Positions 1-12,459 of a stretch of DNA of 64,000 nucleotides are shown here, in pieces. The first letter of the stretch is position 1, and every line of letters starts with the position of its first letter. The stretch comes from Daphnia carinata (taxonomy: Eukaryota): positions 1,612,001-1,676,000 of the forward strand of contig NC_081332.1 in the NCBI RefSeq assembly GCF_022539665.2, given 5' to 3'. The position numbers were made by a program, and so were the translations under genes. The notes under the pieces were generated by a model. The model had not been told where the DNA came from. It ran no database searches and was given only the letters and a program-made list of their open reading frames with translations.

Positions 1-143
1 TAGCTTTGTGTTGCGGGATAAGACCTCATGTGGGCATCATGTATTATATTATGTTCAGCAATATTTTAGGTTCTAACATTTTAGGAGCAGTCATGGTGGT
101 GTAAGTGGGACCTTAGTAGGCAGGGGGAAGCGGTGGATGGAGC

Positions 144-1050
144 TCAGTATTCGGGAGCTTCATATGCTGGGGCAGCAGTGGTGGTTGCTTCGTATTCGGG
201 AGCTTCGTATGCTGGTGCAGGGTAAACGGGAGCAGGGGTAGCAGGAGCTTTGTACTGGGGAGGAGAATAGACGGGTGCGGGAGCTTTGTAGGCTGGGGCA
301 GAGTAAACGGGAGCTTTGTAGGCTGGGGCAGAGTAGACGGGAGCCTTGTAGGCTGGGGCAGAGTAGACGGGAGCTTTGTAGGCTGGGGCTTTGTAGGCTG
401 GAGCGGTGTACGCTGGGGCTTTGTAGGCTGGAGCGGTGTAGGCTGGGGCTTTGTAGGCTGGAGCGGTGTAGGCTGGGGCTTTGTAAGCTGGAGCGCTGTA
501 TTCGGGAGCTCCGTAAGCTGGGGCAGAGTATGTGTTGTATTTGGACTGCACGTAGTCGGGATACTTGGCCTCGCCTTCGTATTTGACATCGGCGGTATAT
601 CCGTAACTGTCGGCTCTGTAGGTGACGATCTGAGTGCGTCCGTCGGGAAGCAGAACACGGTAAGATCCGGTTGTCACTTTGCCATCGCTTTTCTCGGAGT
701 GATCGAAATCAGCGTAGTATTCACCATCTTTCACGGAGTATCCAAACTCGTAAGGTTGGGGCTAAACAATTCATTTGAATCCCAATTAAAGACGAACTAT
801 TAAAAAACATTCTCATATGATAGCTTACCTCATAGCTGACTTCTCCGTACGAAGAGGAGTGGTATTTGGGAGCCTCATATTTAGGAGCCACGTACTTTGG
901 TGCGTATTCGTCGGACCTGTAGGAATCGGCGGCGGCAATAGCGAAGACAGCGGCGAGGATGAAGAACTGTTGATACAATAAATTGAATATACTTTCTTTT
1001 GTAATGGCAACAGGTGACAATTGAAAATTCAAGGCGTTGTTTACCTTCAT
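144..1050 (-). CDS. Cuticular protein, RR-2 (pro-resilin-type) chitin-binding domain with AYKAP/AYTAP/VYSAP repeats
   Basis: Exons 1050-1045 (MK), 966-829 (signal peptide FFILAAVFAIAAA), 761-144. GT-AG introns. Motif GSYRVLLPDGRTQIVTYRADSYGYTADVKYEGEA. Stop TGA at 146-144. Confidence 0.9.
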
Positions 1051-1811
1051 TTTGCAGGAGATGGGAGTTGCTTGAAACAGTTTGAATGACTGATGATCTG
1101 AGTTGATTCGTTCGCGATATTTATACCGAACGTTGGAAGAAAGGAGAGCGATTGTGGGACGTGGCACATGTGTAAGTATGCTTAGCACGAAACGAAAGTA
1201 ATCGGATTCAAAGGTTGTTCGGTATAAATGCGTTAATGGTTGTGAACTTGAGTAACAACGGTTGATTTATGGGTATAGCTTCTTACCATTTGCTATAAAT
1301 TCTTCGTTTTGTTGTTTTTCTAACTTACGTGTACTGTTTGTTAAACTATTCATTTAACCTCGATTTTTGCGTGAAACATTTTGAATGAAATCACTCAACC
1401 AAGTTGTTATTACCCCCCCTCGGTTGAATCGAAACTTGGTCAACCAGTGAGTCAAATTGAAATTTGAGGGTTAGATGTTATGGAAAGTCTGCTATGTAGA
1501 ACATAATAGGGAAAGTCCCGTTTTTTAATGGACTTATTCGATGACCATGGAAAGATCCTGACCGAGAGCGTCACCCGAAAATGGTCTTCTGAACCTGTAG
1601 TAGAGTTCGTTGCAAATGGAAAGGAGCAAAACACTTTTCCTTTCTCCATTTTTTTTGGAATAATCAAATATTTCTTTCATATGAACACAGAAAAAAACAA
1701 CACACATGAAGTACAACAAAGGCCATCGCTCTACAGTATTTAAGGACGAGTGAACAGCAGAAAAGGTATCAGTTACTCAACTGTCTCAAAACGTTCTACC
1801 AACTTCTCAAC

Positions 1812-2392
1812 ATGCAGGTTAAATTTACTGTGCATTCAAACGACTAACGATTACTGTTTATAGTTCTAATAATATCCCTGTTTCAATATTCCAGTTCTTC
1901 GTAGTCGCCGCCTTGATCGCTGTCGCCGCAGCCACTCCCGTCTACCCTGGCTCAACTTATCCGACTTCATCTTACAATAGGCCATCTTATTCACCTTCGA
2001 CGTACGATGTCAAGGAATACGTAAGTCCAATTGCCTTATCTTTCATCCACCCAACGCAGTTTCTAAATGAACGATTGCCCCTTCGGTAGGCCCCCCAGCC
2101 GCACGCTTTCAAGTGGGCCGTCAACGATGGTTATGGCAGCGACTACTCCCACTCTGAGAGCAGCGATGGCCAAGTAACCACCGGCACTTACCACGTTCAA
2201 CTCCCCGATGGTCGTAGTCAGATCGTCAACTACAAAGCTGACAGCTACGGCTACACTGCTGATGTCAAGTACGAAGGTGAAGCCAAGTACCCCACTTACA
2301 CCGCACGTGCTTACTCCGCACCAGCTTACTCCGCACCAGCTTACTCCGCCCCAACTTACTCCGCACCAGCTTACTCCGCACCGGCTTACTAA
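1812..2392 (+). CDS. Cuticular protein RR-2, short AYSAP-repeat type
   Basis: Exons 1812-1817 (MQ), 1895-2020, 2090-2392. Signal peptide FFVVAALIAVAAA. Motif GTYHVQLPDGRSQIVNYKADSYGYTADVKYEGEA. TAA at 2390-2392. Confidence 0.9.
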
Positions 2393-2989
2393 GTTCCAGT
2401 TTCCACTGCTTACACTGCTCCCGGAACCAGCCACGTCTACATGACTTCCGCCAACGTTGCTGCGACTACTAAGCCCACGAAATTGTGAAATATTTACGCC
2501 GAAAGGATGTCCAATTAAAAATTTATCGTTTAATAAACTATTTCAAAGCAAAAACTACATGTCCTTATTTACTGTATTTATTATTTGTTTATTAATGTAA
2601 TACTCTCCTAAGGTTAGTCGCTTTACCTATTAAGGGAATCGAATATTCTAACTCTGATTGAGTTAACGTACGAATCAATTATATTGCACTCAAATTAAAC
2701 ATAACAACGATTAGCGATTAGCGATTAGCGTAGCTTTGAATGATTCCAACGCATTGAATACTCTATCACATTATTGAGCAAACTCAATTACTATGAATTA
2801 TTCACATCTTAATGAGTAAACTGTTGTAGTATGTCTCGCTTAGAGTTTCGAGCGTTAATGGTTATAACTCATAACACACTCTGTCTGCTTTCCTATGCTG
2901 TTCGTCTACTGTGTCATCAAACTATTGTAGAAACAATGCACCGTTTTCTTCAATTATTTTATTGTACAAACATGAATAAAATTTTAACA

Positions 2990-3109
2990 TTCTCCAGGCG
3001 AGGGTCGAACTCGCGACCTCGGCATAACTTGCGATGATATCATCATCATTGCACATAATTAGATACTGTCTTATAAGTACCATGCGCTAACCAACTGCGC
3101 TACTGGAGA
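2990..3109 (-). tRNA. tRNA-Ile(TAT) with about 46-nt intron
   Basis: TCTCCAG/CTGGAGA acceptor stem, GCGC D-stem, loop CT-TAT-A then intron then A-TGCCG, GCGAG-TTCGACC-CTCGC T arm. Matches the known eukaryotic intron-containing Ile-UAU architecture. Confidence 0.88.
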
Positions 3110-3326
3110 TGTTTAAACACAGTTATTCATGTAAGTTTCAATTTCTAATACATGGGGAAATATTGGAAAAAAAATGTAATCCGCACTGTCATTAAAACCA
3201 ATGAATACAAATGAATAAATTTTGCGTTGCGGGTTCAAACATAAAGTCTTGTATTAAATTATCTTCAGCAATATTTTAGCATCTAGCATTTCGAGGGAGC
3301 CAGTGAGGGGTGGTGCAAGTGGAAGC

Positions 3327-4100
3327 TTAGTAGGCTGGGGCAGTGTACGCTGGGGCTTTGTAGGCCGGAGCAGTGTAGGCTGGGGCTTTGTAGGCCGGAG
3401 CGGTGTACGCTGGGGCTTTGTAGGCTGGGGCGGTGTACGCTGGGGCTTTGTAGGCCGGAGCGGTGTAGGCTGGGGCTTTGTAGGCTGGAGCGGTGTAGGC
3501 TGGGGCTTTGTAGGCTGGGGCGGTGTAGGCTGGGGCTTTGTAGGCCGGAGCGCTGTATTCGGGAGCTCCGTAAGCTGGGGCAGAGTATGTGTTGTATTTG
3601 GACTGCACGTAGTCGGGATACTTGGCCTCGCCTTCGTACTTGACATCGGCAGTGTAGCCATAGCTATCAGCTTTGTATGTGACGATCTGAGTGCGGCCAT
3701 CGGGAAGTTGAACGCGGTAAGATCCAGTTGTGACTTTGCCATCGCTTCTCTCGGAATGACCGAAATCAGCATAGTATTCATCTTTCACGGTGTACCCAAA
3801 CTCGTAAGGTTGAGCCTAAACAGTTCATTTGAATCCCAATTAAATACAAACTATTAAACTACACTTTCAAATGATAGCTTACCTGATAGCTGACTTCTCC
3901 GTACGAAGAGGAGTGGTATTTGGGAGCTTCATATTTAGGAGCCACATACTTTGGTGCGTATTCGTCGGACCTGTAGGAATCGGCGGCGGCAATAGCGAAG
4001 ACGGCGGCGAGGATGAAGAACTGTTGATACAATAAAGTTAATACATTGTTGTAAAGGCAGAAGGTGACAATTGAAAATTCGAAGTGTCATTTACCTTCAT
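3327..4100 (-). CDS. Cuticular protein RR-2 with (AYKAPAYTAP)n repeat; paralog of 144-1050
   Basis: ATG at 4100-4098, same three-exon structure. ORF 3327..3788 carries the RR-2 motif and 30-nt tandem repeats and ends PAY*. Confidence 0.92.
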
Positions 4101-4932
4101 TTTGCAGGAGAAGTGAGTTGCTTGAAACAGTTTGAATGACTGATGATTTGAGTTCATTCAATCACGATATTTATACCAAACACTGAAAGTAAGGAGGACA
4201 TTTGTAAGGTCAGCTGAAAGTAATGTGAGAGGCTTCCGATTAGGAGATATTCTGGAAGCAATACGCCAGTTGTGACGAAGGTGAGCAATAACGGGTTGCC
4301 TACGCGCATAGTTTGTGGCCCTGTGCCATAAATTTTGTGTTCTTTCGTTTCTCTGATGATAGATGGTTCAATTTCGAATTTCTACTGGCTGACCCATTTC
4401 AGCGTTTTAAAAGTAGAAAAAACTATTTTACCCCACCCCACCTTATTGGAGTGTGAATCGGCGAGCTGCTTTGTTTATAAGTTATTTCGCCCGCATCTTG
4501 TAGAACGAAACCTGTTAGAAGTCAAATTGCTGCCACCTTCGCTGATTGATTCGGATATCGGTCAATGAGTAAGTCATGTTACGATTTGTAGGTTAGATTA
4601 CAAAAGAGTCTGCTATGTAGAACATAATAGGGGAAGTACCGTTTTCCTAACGAACCCATTCGTTGACCATGGAGAGGTCCTTATCAAAATGATTACCCAA
4701 AAATGGTCTTGTGAATCTGTGACAGGGTTCGTTGCAAATGGAAAGCAACAAAACACTTTTCCTTTTTTCATTAATATTGGCATGATCACATATTTTTCAC
4801 CATCTGACTCTATTAACACGCTAAACAAGTGAAGTGCAACAAAGAAATCGTATCGCAGTATATAAGGGCGAGCGAAGAGCAGTAAGAGCATCAGTTAATC
4901 TACTGTCTCAATCACTCTATCAACCTCTCAAC

Positions 4933-5530
4933 ATGCAGGTAAAACTGATTGTACAATAGGATGATTTAAACTTATTGCTTAGTTCTAACTAAATTATTTT
5001 TATGTTCAATATTCCAGTTCTTCGTACTCGCCGCCTTGATCGCTGTCGCCGCAGCCACTCCCGTCTATCCTGGCTCAACTTATCCGACTTCATCTTACAA
5101 TAGGCCATCTTATTCGCCTTCAACTTACGACGTCCAGCACTACGTAAGTCCAATTGTCTTATCTTTCACCCACTCAAAGCAGTTTCTAAACGAACGATTG
5201 CCCCTTCCGTAGGCCCCACAGCCGCACGCTTTCAACTGGGCCGTCAACGATGGTTATGGCAGCGACTACGGCCACACTGAGAGCAGCAATGGCGAAGTAA
5301 CCACCGGCTCTTACCGTGTCCTCCTTCCCGATGGCCGTGTTCAGATCGTCACCTACAAAGCTGATAGCTACGGATACACTGCTGATGTCAAGTACGAAGG
5401 TGAAGCCAAGTACCCCACTTACTCCGCACGTACTTACTCCGCACCGACTTACTCCGCTCCAGCTTACTCTGCCCCAGCTTACTCCGCCCCGGCTTACTCC
5501 GCCCCAGTTTACACTGCCCGCGACTACTAA
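4933..5530 (+). CDS. Cuticular protein RR-2, short AYSAP type, ends ARDY*
   Basis: ATG CAG|GT, exon 2 signal peptide, exon 3 GSYRVLLPDGRVQIVTYKADSYGY. TAA at 5528-5530. Confidence 0.92.
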
Positions 5531-6026
5531 GCCCACCAAATTCTAAAATATTTACGTCAAAGCGATGTCATATTAATTATTGGCCCTTTAATAAACTATA
5601 CTGAAGCACACCTACAATGTCTTTATTGATTGTATAGCTGCAAAGAAACATAAATATTAAGTCATAAAGAAGCTGAGAGATTTTTGAAAAAACATAAGTT
5701 TCAAGTACTACGTGAAGTTAAATTAGCTTCTCATAAAACATATATTTTCATATATTTAGATTGCCGTCATGCGTACGGTTTAATACTATCAATTTTACAT
5801 TAAGCTGATGTGAAACCTTCAATCCACATCTTAGCAGACCGGTGCCTTATCCTTTTTGACTATTGTAAACAAATCGAGGTGGACTTCGATAGAATAGGTG
5901 ATTATCATTCCACATACATGACGGTTATCCGCTCCTACACTGCATCGTGTAAAAACTCATACAGTATAATACTTACACATGAATTTTAAAGTCCCGCAAA
6001 AAACTTTTGCAACATTTATTAGTGAT

Positions 6027-6099
6027 TACCTCAGGCGGGACTCGAACCCGCAATCCCCGGCTTAGGAGGCCGGTGCCTTATCCTTTAGGCCACAAAGGC
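6027..6099 (-). tRNA. tRNA-Arg(CCT)
   Basis: 73 nt; GCCT/AGGC D stem, CCGGC-CT CCT AA-GCCGG anticodon arm, GCGGG-TTCGAGT-CCCGC T arm. One T-T mismatch in the acceptor stem. Confidence 0.8.
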
Positions 6100-6180
6100 G
6101 ATGTTTCAAAACATTGGCCTTATAAAATTTTTCTTATCATTGCACGAATGAGTCTTTTGCAATTGCATTACATTTCAGAA

Positions 6181-6471
6181 TGTGGACTACATTTGTTGCA
6201 CAGTCCGTTAGGTAGAGCAATGCCGGAAAGCCCCGATGTTGGAGGACGTTTCATTTGACCATGACCAAGTTCAAACAGCAGGTTTAATACACATATTTTT
6301 CCTTTCGCCATTCTTTTTTTAGAAGAAATCAGGTGTACCTTATTTAGACATGGTGCACGGTAGCAGAAAAGAAAAAGCCTAGGGGTAATCGTTCTGCGGT
6401 ATATAAAGGTAGATAAACAGCAAAATGGACATCAGTTAATCAACTGTCTCAATCACTATCAACCTCTCAAC
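6181..6471 (+). promoter_or_regulatory. Conserved cuticle-gene promoter (representative copy): kB-like GGAAAGCCCC, TTTGACC, TATATAAA, Inr ATCAGTT
   Basis: A homologous block precedes each MQ-type cuticle gene. TATA lies about 30 nt before ATCAGTT, which matches the arthropod Inr TCAKTY. Confidence 0.7.
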
Positions 6472-7052
6472 ATGCAGGTAAAACTGATTGTGGAACAGGA
6501 TGATTCAAACATATTGTTTAGTTATAACTAACTTAATTTTTTTCAATTTTCAAGTTCTTCGTACTTGCCGCCTTGATCGCTGTCGCCGCAGCCACTCCCG
6601 TCTATCCTGGCTCAACTTATCCGACTTCATCTTACAATAGGCCATCTTATTCACCTTCAACTTACGACGTCCAGCACTACGTAAGTCCAATTGTCTTATC
6701 TTTCACCCACTCAAAGCAGTTTCTAAACGAACGATTGCCCCTTCCGTAGGCCCCACAGCCGCACGCTTTCAACTGGGCCGTCAACGATGGTTATGGCAGC
6801 GACTACGGCCACACTGAGAGCAGCAATGGCGAAGTAACCACCGGCTCTTACCGTGTCCTCCTTCCCGATGGCCGTGTTCAAATTGTCACCTACAAAGCTG
6901 ATAGCTACGGATACAATGCTGATGTCAAGTACGAAGGTGAAGCCAAGTACCCCACTTACTCCGCACGTACTTACTCCGCACCAGCCTACTCCGCACCAGC
7001 TTACTCCGCACCAGCTTACTCTGCCCCAGTTTACACTGCCCGCGACTACTAA
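6472..7052 (+). CDS. Cuticular protein RR-2, short type (near-identical to 4933-5530)
   Basis: Same exon structure and RR-2 motif. TAA at 7050-7052. Confidence 0.92.
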
Positions 7053-7548
7053 GCCCACCAAATTCTAAAATATTTACGTCAAAGCGATGTCATATTAATT
7101 ATTGGCCCTTTAATAAACTATACTGAAGCAAACCTACAATGTCTTTATTGATTGTATAGCTGCAAAGAAACATAAATGTTAAGTCATAAAGAAGCTGAAT
7201 GATTTTTGAAAAAACATAAGTTTCAATTATTACGTGAAGTTAAATTAGCTTCTTATAAAGCATGTATTTTCATATATTTAGATTACCGTCAAGCGTACGG
7301 TTTAATACTATTAACTTTACATTGAGGTGGTGTGGAATCTTCAATCCACATCTTAATAGGCCGGTGCCTTATCCTTTATGACTATTGTAAACAAATCAAA
7401 ATGGACTGCGATAGAATAGGTGGTTATCATTCCACATTTATGACGGTTATCCGCTCCTACATTGCATGGTGTAAATACTCATGCAGTATAATGCTGGAAC
7501 ATGAATTTTAAAGTCCCGTCGACAATTTGTGCAAAAGTTATTCGTGAT

Positions 7549-7621
7549 TACCTCTGGGAGGACTCAAAACCATAATCCCCGGCTTAGGAGGCCGGTGCCT
7601 TATCCTTTAGGCCACAAAGGC
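7549..7621 (-). pseudogene. tRNA-Arg(CCT) pseudogene
   Basis: D and anticodon arms intact; T arm disrupted (ATGGT-TTTGAGT-CCTCC). Confidence 0.75.
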
Positions 7622-7994
7622 GATGTTTCAATACAATAGCATTTTAAAATTTTTCTTATCATTGCACGAATGAGTCTTTTGAAATAGCATTACATTTCAG
7701 AATGTGGACTACATTTGTCGGACAGTCCGTTAGGTAGAGCAATGCCGGAAAGCCCCGATGTTGGAGGACTTTTAATTTGACCATGACAAAGTTCAAACAG
7801 CAGGTTTAACACAAATATTTTCCCTTTCGCCATTCTTTTTTTAGAAGAAATCAGGTGTACCTTATTTAGACATGGTACACGGTAGCAGAAAAGAAAAGCC
7901 TAGGGGTAATCGTTCTGCGGTATATAAAGGTAGACAAACAGCAGAGTGGACATCAGTTAATCAACTGTCTCAATCGCTCTATCAACTTCTCAAC

Positions 7995-8587
7995 ATGCAG
8001 GTAAAATTACCTGTGTAATAGATTACTTTAGAAATTACCTTTTAGTTCTAACAAATCACTTTTTAATTTTCAAGTTCTTCGTACTCGCCGCCTTGATCGC
8101 TGTTGCCGCAGCCAATCCCGTTTACCCAAGCCAAACTTATCCGACTTCATCTTACAATAGGCCATCGTACTCAGGTTCAACTTACGACGCCAGGGAATAC
8201 GTAAGTCCAAATGTCTTATCTTTTATCCACTCAAAGCATTTTCTAAATGAACCATTGCTCATTTCGTAGGCCGCCCAGCCACACGCTTTCAAGTGGGCCG
8301 TCAATGATGGTTATGGCAGCGACTACTCCCACTCTGAGAGCAGCGATGGCCAAGTAACCACCGGCACTTACCACGTTCAACTGCCTGATGGTCGCACTCA
8401 AATCGTCAACTACAAAGCTGATAGCTACGGATACAATGCTGATGTCAAGTACGAAGGTGAAGCCAAGTACCCCACTTACTCCGGACGTTCTTACTCCGCA
8501 CCAGCTTACTCTGCACCAGCCTACTCCGCACCAGCTTACTCCGCACCAGCTTACTCCGCCCCAGCTTACTCCTCACCAGCTTACTAA
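7995..8587 (+). CDS. Cuticular protein RR-2, short AYSAP type
   Basis: ATG at 7995, three exons, GTYHVQLPDGRTQIVNYKADSYGY, ends PAY* (TAA 8585-8587). Confidence 0.92.
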
Positions 8588-9081
8588 GCCAACAAATTCT
8601 TAAATATTTACGTTAAAGCGATTTCAAATTAAATATTGGCCACATAATAAACTATTCTAAAGCAAACCTACTATGTCCTTATTGACTGAATAGCTGCAAG
8701 CAAACATAAAGATTAAGCCATAAAGAAACAGATTTTTGAAAGACATGTTTCAAAGTTTCGATTACAAAGTGAAGATAAATTAGCGTCTTATTCAACATGT
8801 ATTTCATGTATTTAGATTGTCTTCTCGCGTACTGTTTGATACTATTAATTTTACCTTGACATGGTAGGGAACCTTCACTCCACAGCTTTGTAGGCCGGTG
8901 CCTTATCCTGTATGACTATTGATTACAAAGCATATTGAATTTCGACAGAATAGGTGGTCCTCATTCCACATACACGAGAGTTATCGGCTTCTACATGGCA
9001 CCGGTTAAAAAACATACAGTATAATACTTGCAAATGAATTTTGAAGATCCGCCTACAATTTTTCTAAAATTTGTTCATTAT

Positions 9082-9153
9082 TATCTCTGACGGGACTCCA
9101 ACCTGCAATCCCCGGCTTAGAGACCGATTGCTAATAGTTTAGGCCACAAATTC
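9082..9153 (-). pseudogene. Degenerate tRNA-Arg pseudogene
   Basis: Positionally and sequence-homologous to 6027-6099 but the D and anticodon arms are broken. Confidence 0.7.
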
Positions 9154-9526
9154 GATTTTATAAAACAATGGCATTATCAAATTTTTCACATAATTGCATG
9201 AATGGGTCTTTGAAATTGCAATACATTTCAGAATGTGGACTACATATGTTGGACAGTCCGTTAGGTAGGGCAATGCCAGAAAGCCCCGATGTTGGAGGAC
9301 TTTTCATTTGACCATGTAAAAGTTCAAACAGCAGGTTTAACACAAACACTTTTCCTTTCTGAATTCTTTTTTTGGAAGGAATCAGATGTACCTTATTTAG
9401 ACATGGTACATGGCAGCAGAAAAGAACAAGCCTAGGGGTAATCGCTCTGCGGTATATAAAGGTAGACAAACAGCACAGTGGACATCAGTTAATCAACTGT
9501 CTCAACCACTCTACCAACTTCTCAAC

Positions 9527-10104
9527 ATGCAGGTAAAATTATCTGTGTAATAAATTAGTTTAGAAATTATCCTTTAGTTCTAACAAATCACTCTTTAATT
9601 TTGAAGTTCTTCGTACTCGCCGCCTTGATCGCTGTCGCTGCAGCCAATTCCGACTACTCTGGCTCAACTTATCCGACTTCATCTTACAACAGGCCATCTT
9701 ATTCACCTTCGACGTATCAGGTCAAGGAATACGTAAGTCCAATTGCCTTATATTTCATCTACTCAAAGCAGCTTCTAAATGAACGATTGCCCCTTTGGTA
9801 GGCCCCCCAGCCGCACGCTTTCAAGTGGGCCGTCAACGATGGTTATGGCAGCGACTACTCGCACACTGAGAGCAGCGATGGCTACGTAACCACCGGCACT
9901 TACCACGTTCAACTGCCCGATGGTCGCACTCAAATCGTCAACTACAAAGCTGATAGCTACGGATACACTGCTGATGTCAAATACGAAGGCGAAGCCAAGT
10001 ACCCCGCTTACTCCGCACCGGCTTACTCCGCACCAGCTTACTCCGCCCCAGCTTACTCCGCCCCAGCTTACTCCGCCCCAGCGTACACTGCCCGCGACTA
10101 CTAA
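9527..10104 (+). CDS. Cuticular protein RR-2, short AYSAP type, ends ARDY*
   Basis: ATG at 9527, signal peptide FFVLAALIAVAAA, RR-2 motif, TAA at 10102-10104. Confidence 0.92.
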
Positions 10105-10606
10105 GCCCACCGAATTCTAAAATATTTACGTCAAAGCAATGTTAAATTAAATATTGGCCACTTAATAAACTATTCTAAAGCAAATGTACAATGTCCTTAT
10201 TGACTGAATAGCTGCAAACAAACATAAAGATTAAGCCATAAAGAAACAGATTTTTGAAAAAACAAACATGTTTCGAGGTTTCGATTACAACGTGAAGTTA
10301 AATTGGCGTCATGTTAAACATGTATATTCGTGGGTTTTAGATTGCCGTCATGCTATGCCAGGTGATGGACGCTTAGCACCAAAATGCAACATAAACGGTT
10401 CTCTGTCCGTCGTTTGAGAACAGACGATATTTAAACCTCGTTTTTGCCCATGCTCTTCAAATAGTTGTAAGCTGATGTGTTTTATTGCACATTTTGAAGC
10501 GTAACCTATAAAAAATTGGTTTCTCAGCAGCAATAAGATATATTCCTCCCAAAGGTCTTGGAATATGGTGCCAATGTAATATCTTTTATAACGTCCGATT
10601 CATTTC

Positions 10607-10679
10607 TACTTCTGGCGAGACTCGAACTCGCAATCCCCGGCTTAGGGGGCCGGTGCCTTATCCATTTGCCCACAAAGCC
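10607..10679 (-). pseudogene. tRNA-Arg(CCT) probable pseudogene
   Basis: 73 nt; anticodon and T stems pair, but the D stem (GGCA/AGGC) and acceptor stem are mismatched and U33 is changed to C. Confidence 0.7.
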
Positions 10680-11121
10680 TTTGATGTGTCAACATGTCCT
10701 AAAAATCGTTCTTTTTTACCGCAATACCCTACTTCGAAAAACGAAATAATCAGAGAAAGGGAAAATTCAATACGATAGCGTAATAGAGGATAGTTAAGAA
10801 ATTCAGATGTTGCGATACACTTCAATATTTGGACAGCATTTGTTGGAAAGTCCGTTATGTAGAACGCTGTGGGGAAAGCCCCAACGTTTGAGCACTTTTC
10901 ATTTGACCGTTCCAAAGATCAAACAACAGGTCAAACACAAACACTTTTCCTTTCTTCAATCAATTTATGAACAATCGAATATGTTCCTTATCAGAAGTTG
11001 GCAAAAGGCACCTGAAGAAAGAAAGGCGCAGGGTTGTTGCACTGCGGTATATAAAGGTGGGCGAAGAGCAGAAAGGACATCAGTTAACCAACTGTCTCAA
11101 ACGTCCTATCAACTTCTCAAC

Positions 11122-12107
11122 ATGCAGGTAAAATAATTTGTGCCATTTTCATTGGCTTAGAAATTACAATTTAGTTCTAATAAACTCTTTTACTCTTCAA
11201 GTTCGTCGTACTCGCCGCCTTGATCGCTGTCGCCGCAGCCAATTCCGAATACCTTGGCCAAACTTCTTCAAATTCCGCTTCCAATTTTCGTTCTTATTCA
11301 CCTTCAACGTACGAGGTCAAGGAATACGTAAGTATTATTGGCTTTTCTTTTATGAATTCAAAGCAGTTTCTAAATGAACAATTGTTCATACAATAGCCCA
11401 CTCAGCCGTACTCCTTCAACTGGGCCGTCTACGACGGTTACGGCAACGACTACGCCCACTCTGAGAGCAGCGATAGCAAAGTAACCACCGGCAGTTACCG
11501 CGTCCTCCTTCCAGATGGTCGTGTTCAAATCGTAACGTACAAAGATGATGGCTACGGATACATTGCTGATGTCAAGTACGAAGGTGAAGCCAAGTACCCC
11601 GCTCCATCCGCCTACTCCACTCAGGCTTACTCCGCACCTGTATTCACCCCTCAAGTTGTCACTGCTCCAGCTGTATCATCTCGTACTTACTCCGCACCAG
11701 TTGTTACCGCTCCTGCTGGTCCTGCTCGCGTTTTAACTACTTCATCTGTTATCGCTCCGGGTGTTAACTCACGCACGTATTCCGCACCGGTCTTCGTTTC
11801 TTCTGCCGGCCGCACTTTGGGAGCCAACTCGCGTACTTATTCCGGCCCTGTTCTCACCTCTTCCTCTGTCACGGCTCCAGGCGCTTCCTCTCGCACTTAT
11901 TCCTCACCGGTCTTCACTTCTCCTGCGTCCTCATCTACCGTATTCACCTCGTCTTCCGTCAGCGGACCTGCCGCAGTTTCCCGCACTTACTCCGCACCAG
12001 TATTTACATCTGATGACTCCGCTTTTGGCCGTGTTTCGCAGATCGGCACTGGTCCGGCAACTGGATCCGTCTACATGACTTCCGGTAACGTTGCTCGCGA
12101 CTACTAA
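11122..12107 (+). CDS. Cuticular protein RR-2, long type with Ser/Thr/Pro/Ala-rich SRTYSAPV repeats
   Basis: ATG at 11122; exon 3 from 11397 runs in frame into ORF 11817..12107 and ends NVARDY*. Confidence 0.92.
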
Positions 12108-12325
12108 GCGCCAAACATTCTGAAAATATATATCTATCTAAATCAAAGAAATGTCAAATTAAATATCAAATCAAAAATCTATTCAAATAATAAATTATAT
12201 GAAGCCAAAACTCCTGTGTACTAATTCATTATATAGCTGTAAGAAAGAAAAAGGATCGAATGACTAAGGCAGTACAACACTCAATCGTTCAACTTCAAAG
12301 CTAAACATTTACCTGGATATTTGTA

Positions 12326-12459
12326 TACCTCTGGAGGGACTCGAGCCTCCAATCCGGAACGAAATCCCGACCGCAGCATTATAATCAATTCATCTTTATT
12401 TTGCGCATTTAGCCACTGTTCTATAAGCACGATGCGCCAATCAACTGCGCTACGGGATA
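12326..12459 (-). pseudogene. Chimeric tRNA relic: decayed Ile(TAT) 5' part fused to an Arg 3' part
   Basis: Minus strand reads TATCCCGTAGCGCAGTTGATTGGCGCATCGTGCTTATA-intron-ATGCTGCGGTCGGGATTTCG, then GGATTGGAGGCTCGAGTCCCTCCAGAGGTA. Confidence 0.65.

Larger units (their letters stand above)
4900..10353 (+). repeat. Tandem array of about 1.52-1.54 kb units (divergent tRNA-Arg + cuticle gene)
   Basis: ATGs at 4933, 6472, 7995 and 9527 with homologous intergenic DNA; homology breaks at about 10353. Confidence 0.85.

Noticed and set aside
113..658. Long PQPTK-repeat ORF and similar shifted or antisense ORFs (3254..3781, 3303..3857, 2063..2434, 11761..12078 and others)
   Set aside because: They are off-frame or antisense shadows of the repetitive cuticle exons. 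The true frame has the signal peptide, splice sites and RR-2 motif.
2708..2730. (CGATTAG)3 repeat; also poly-T at about 26064-26082 and (TG)n at about 26256
   Set aside because: Ordinary simple repeats with no evidence of function.
3330..3560. Regular 15/30-nt direct repeats suggesting a CRISPR array or satellite
   Set aside because: There are no unique spacers or cas genes; they are coding repeats (AYKAP/AYTAP) in a eukaryotic gene.
5836..8910. Short GCCGGTGCCTTATCC matches at about 5838, 7360 and 8893
   Set aside because: They are only about 15-20-nt remnants of older tRNA-Arg copies, too decayed to annotate.
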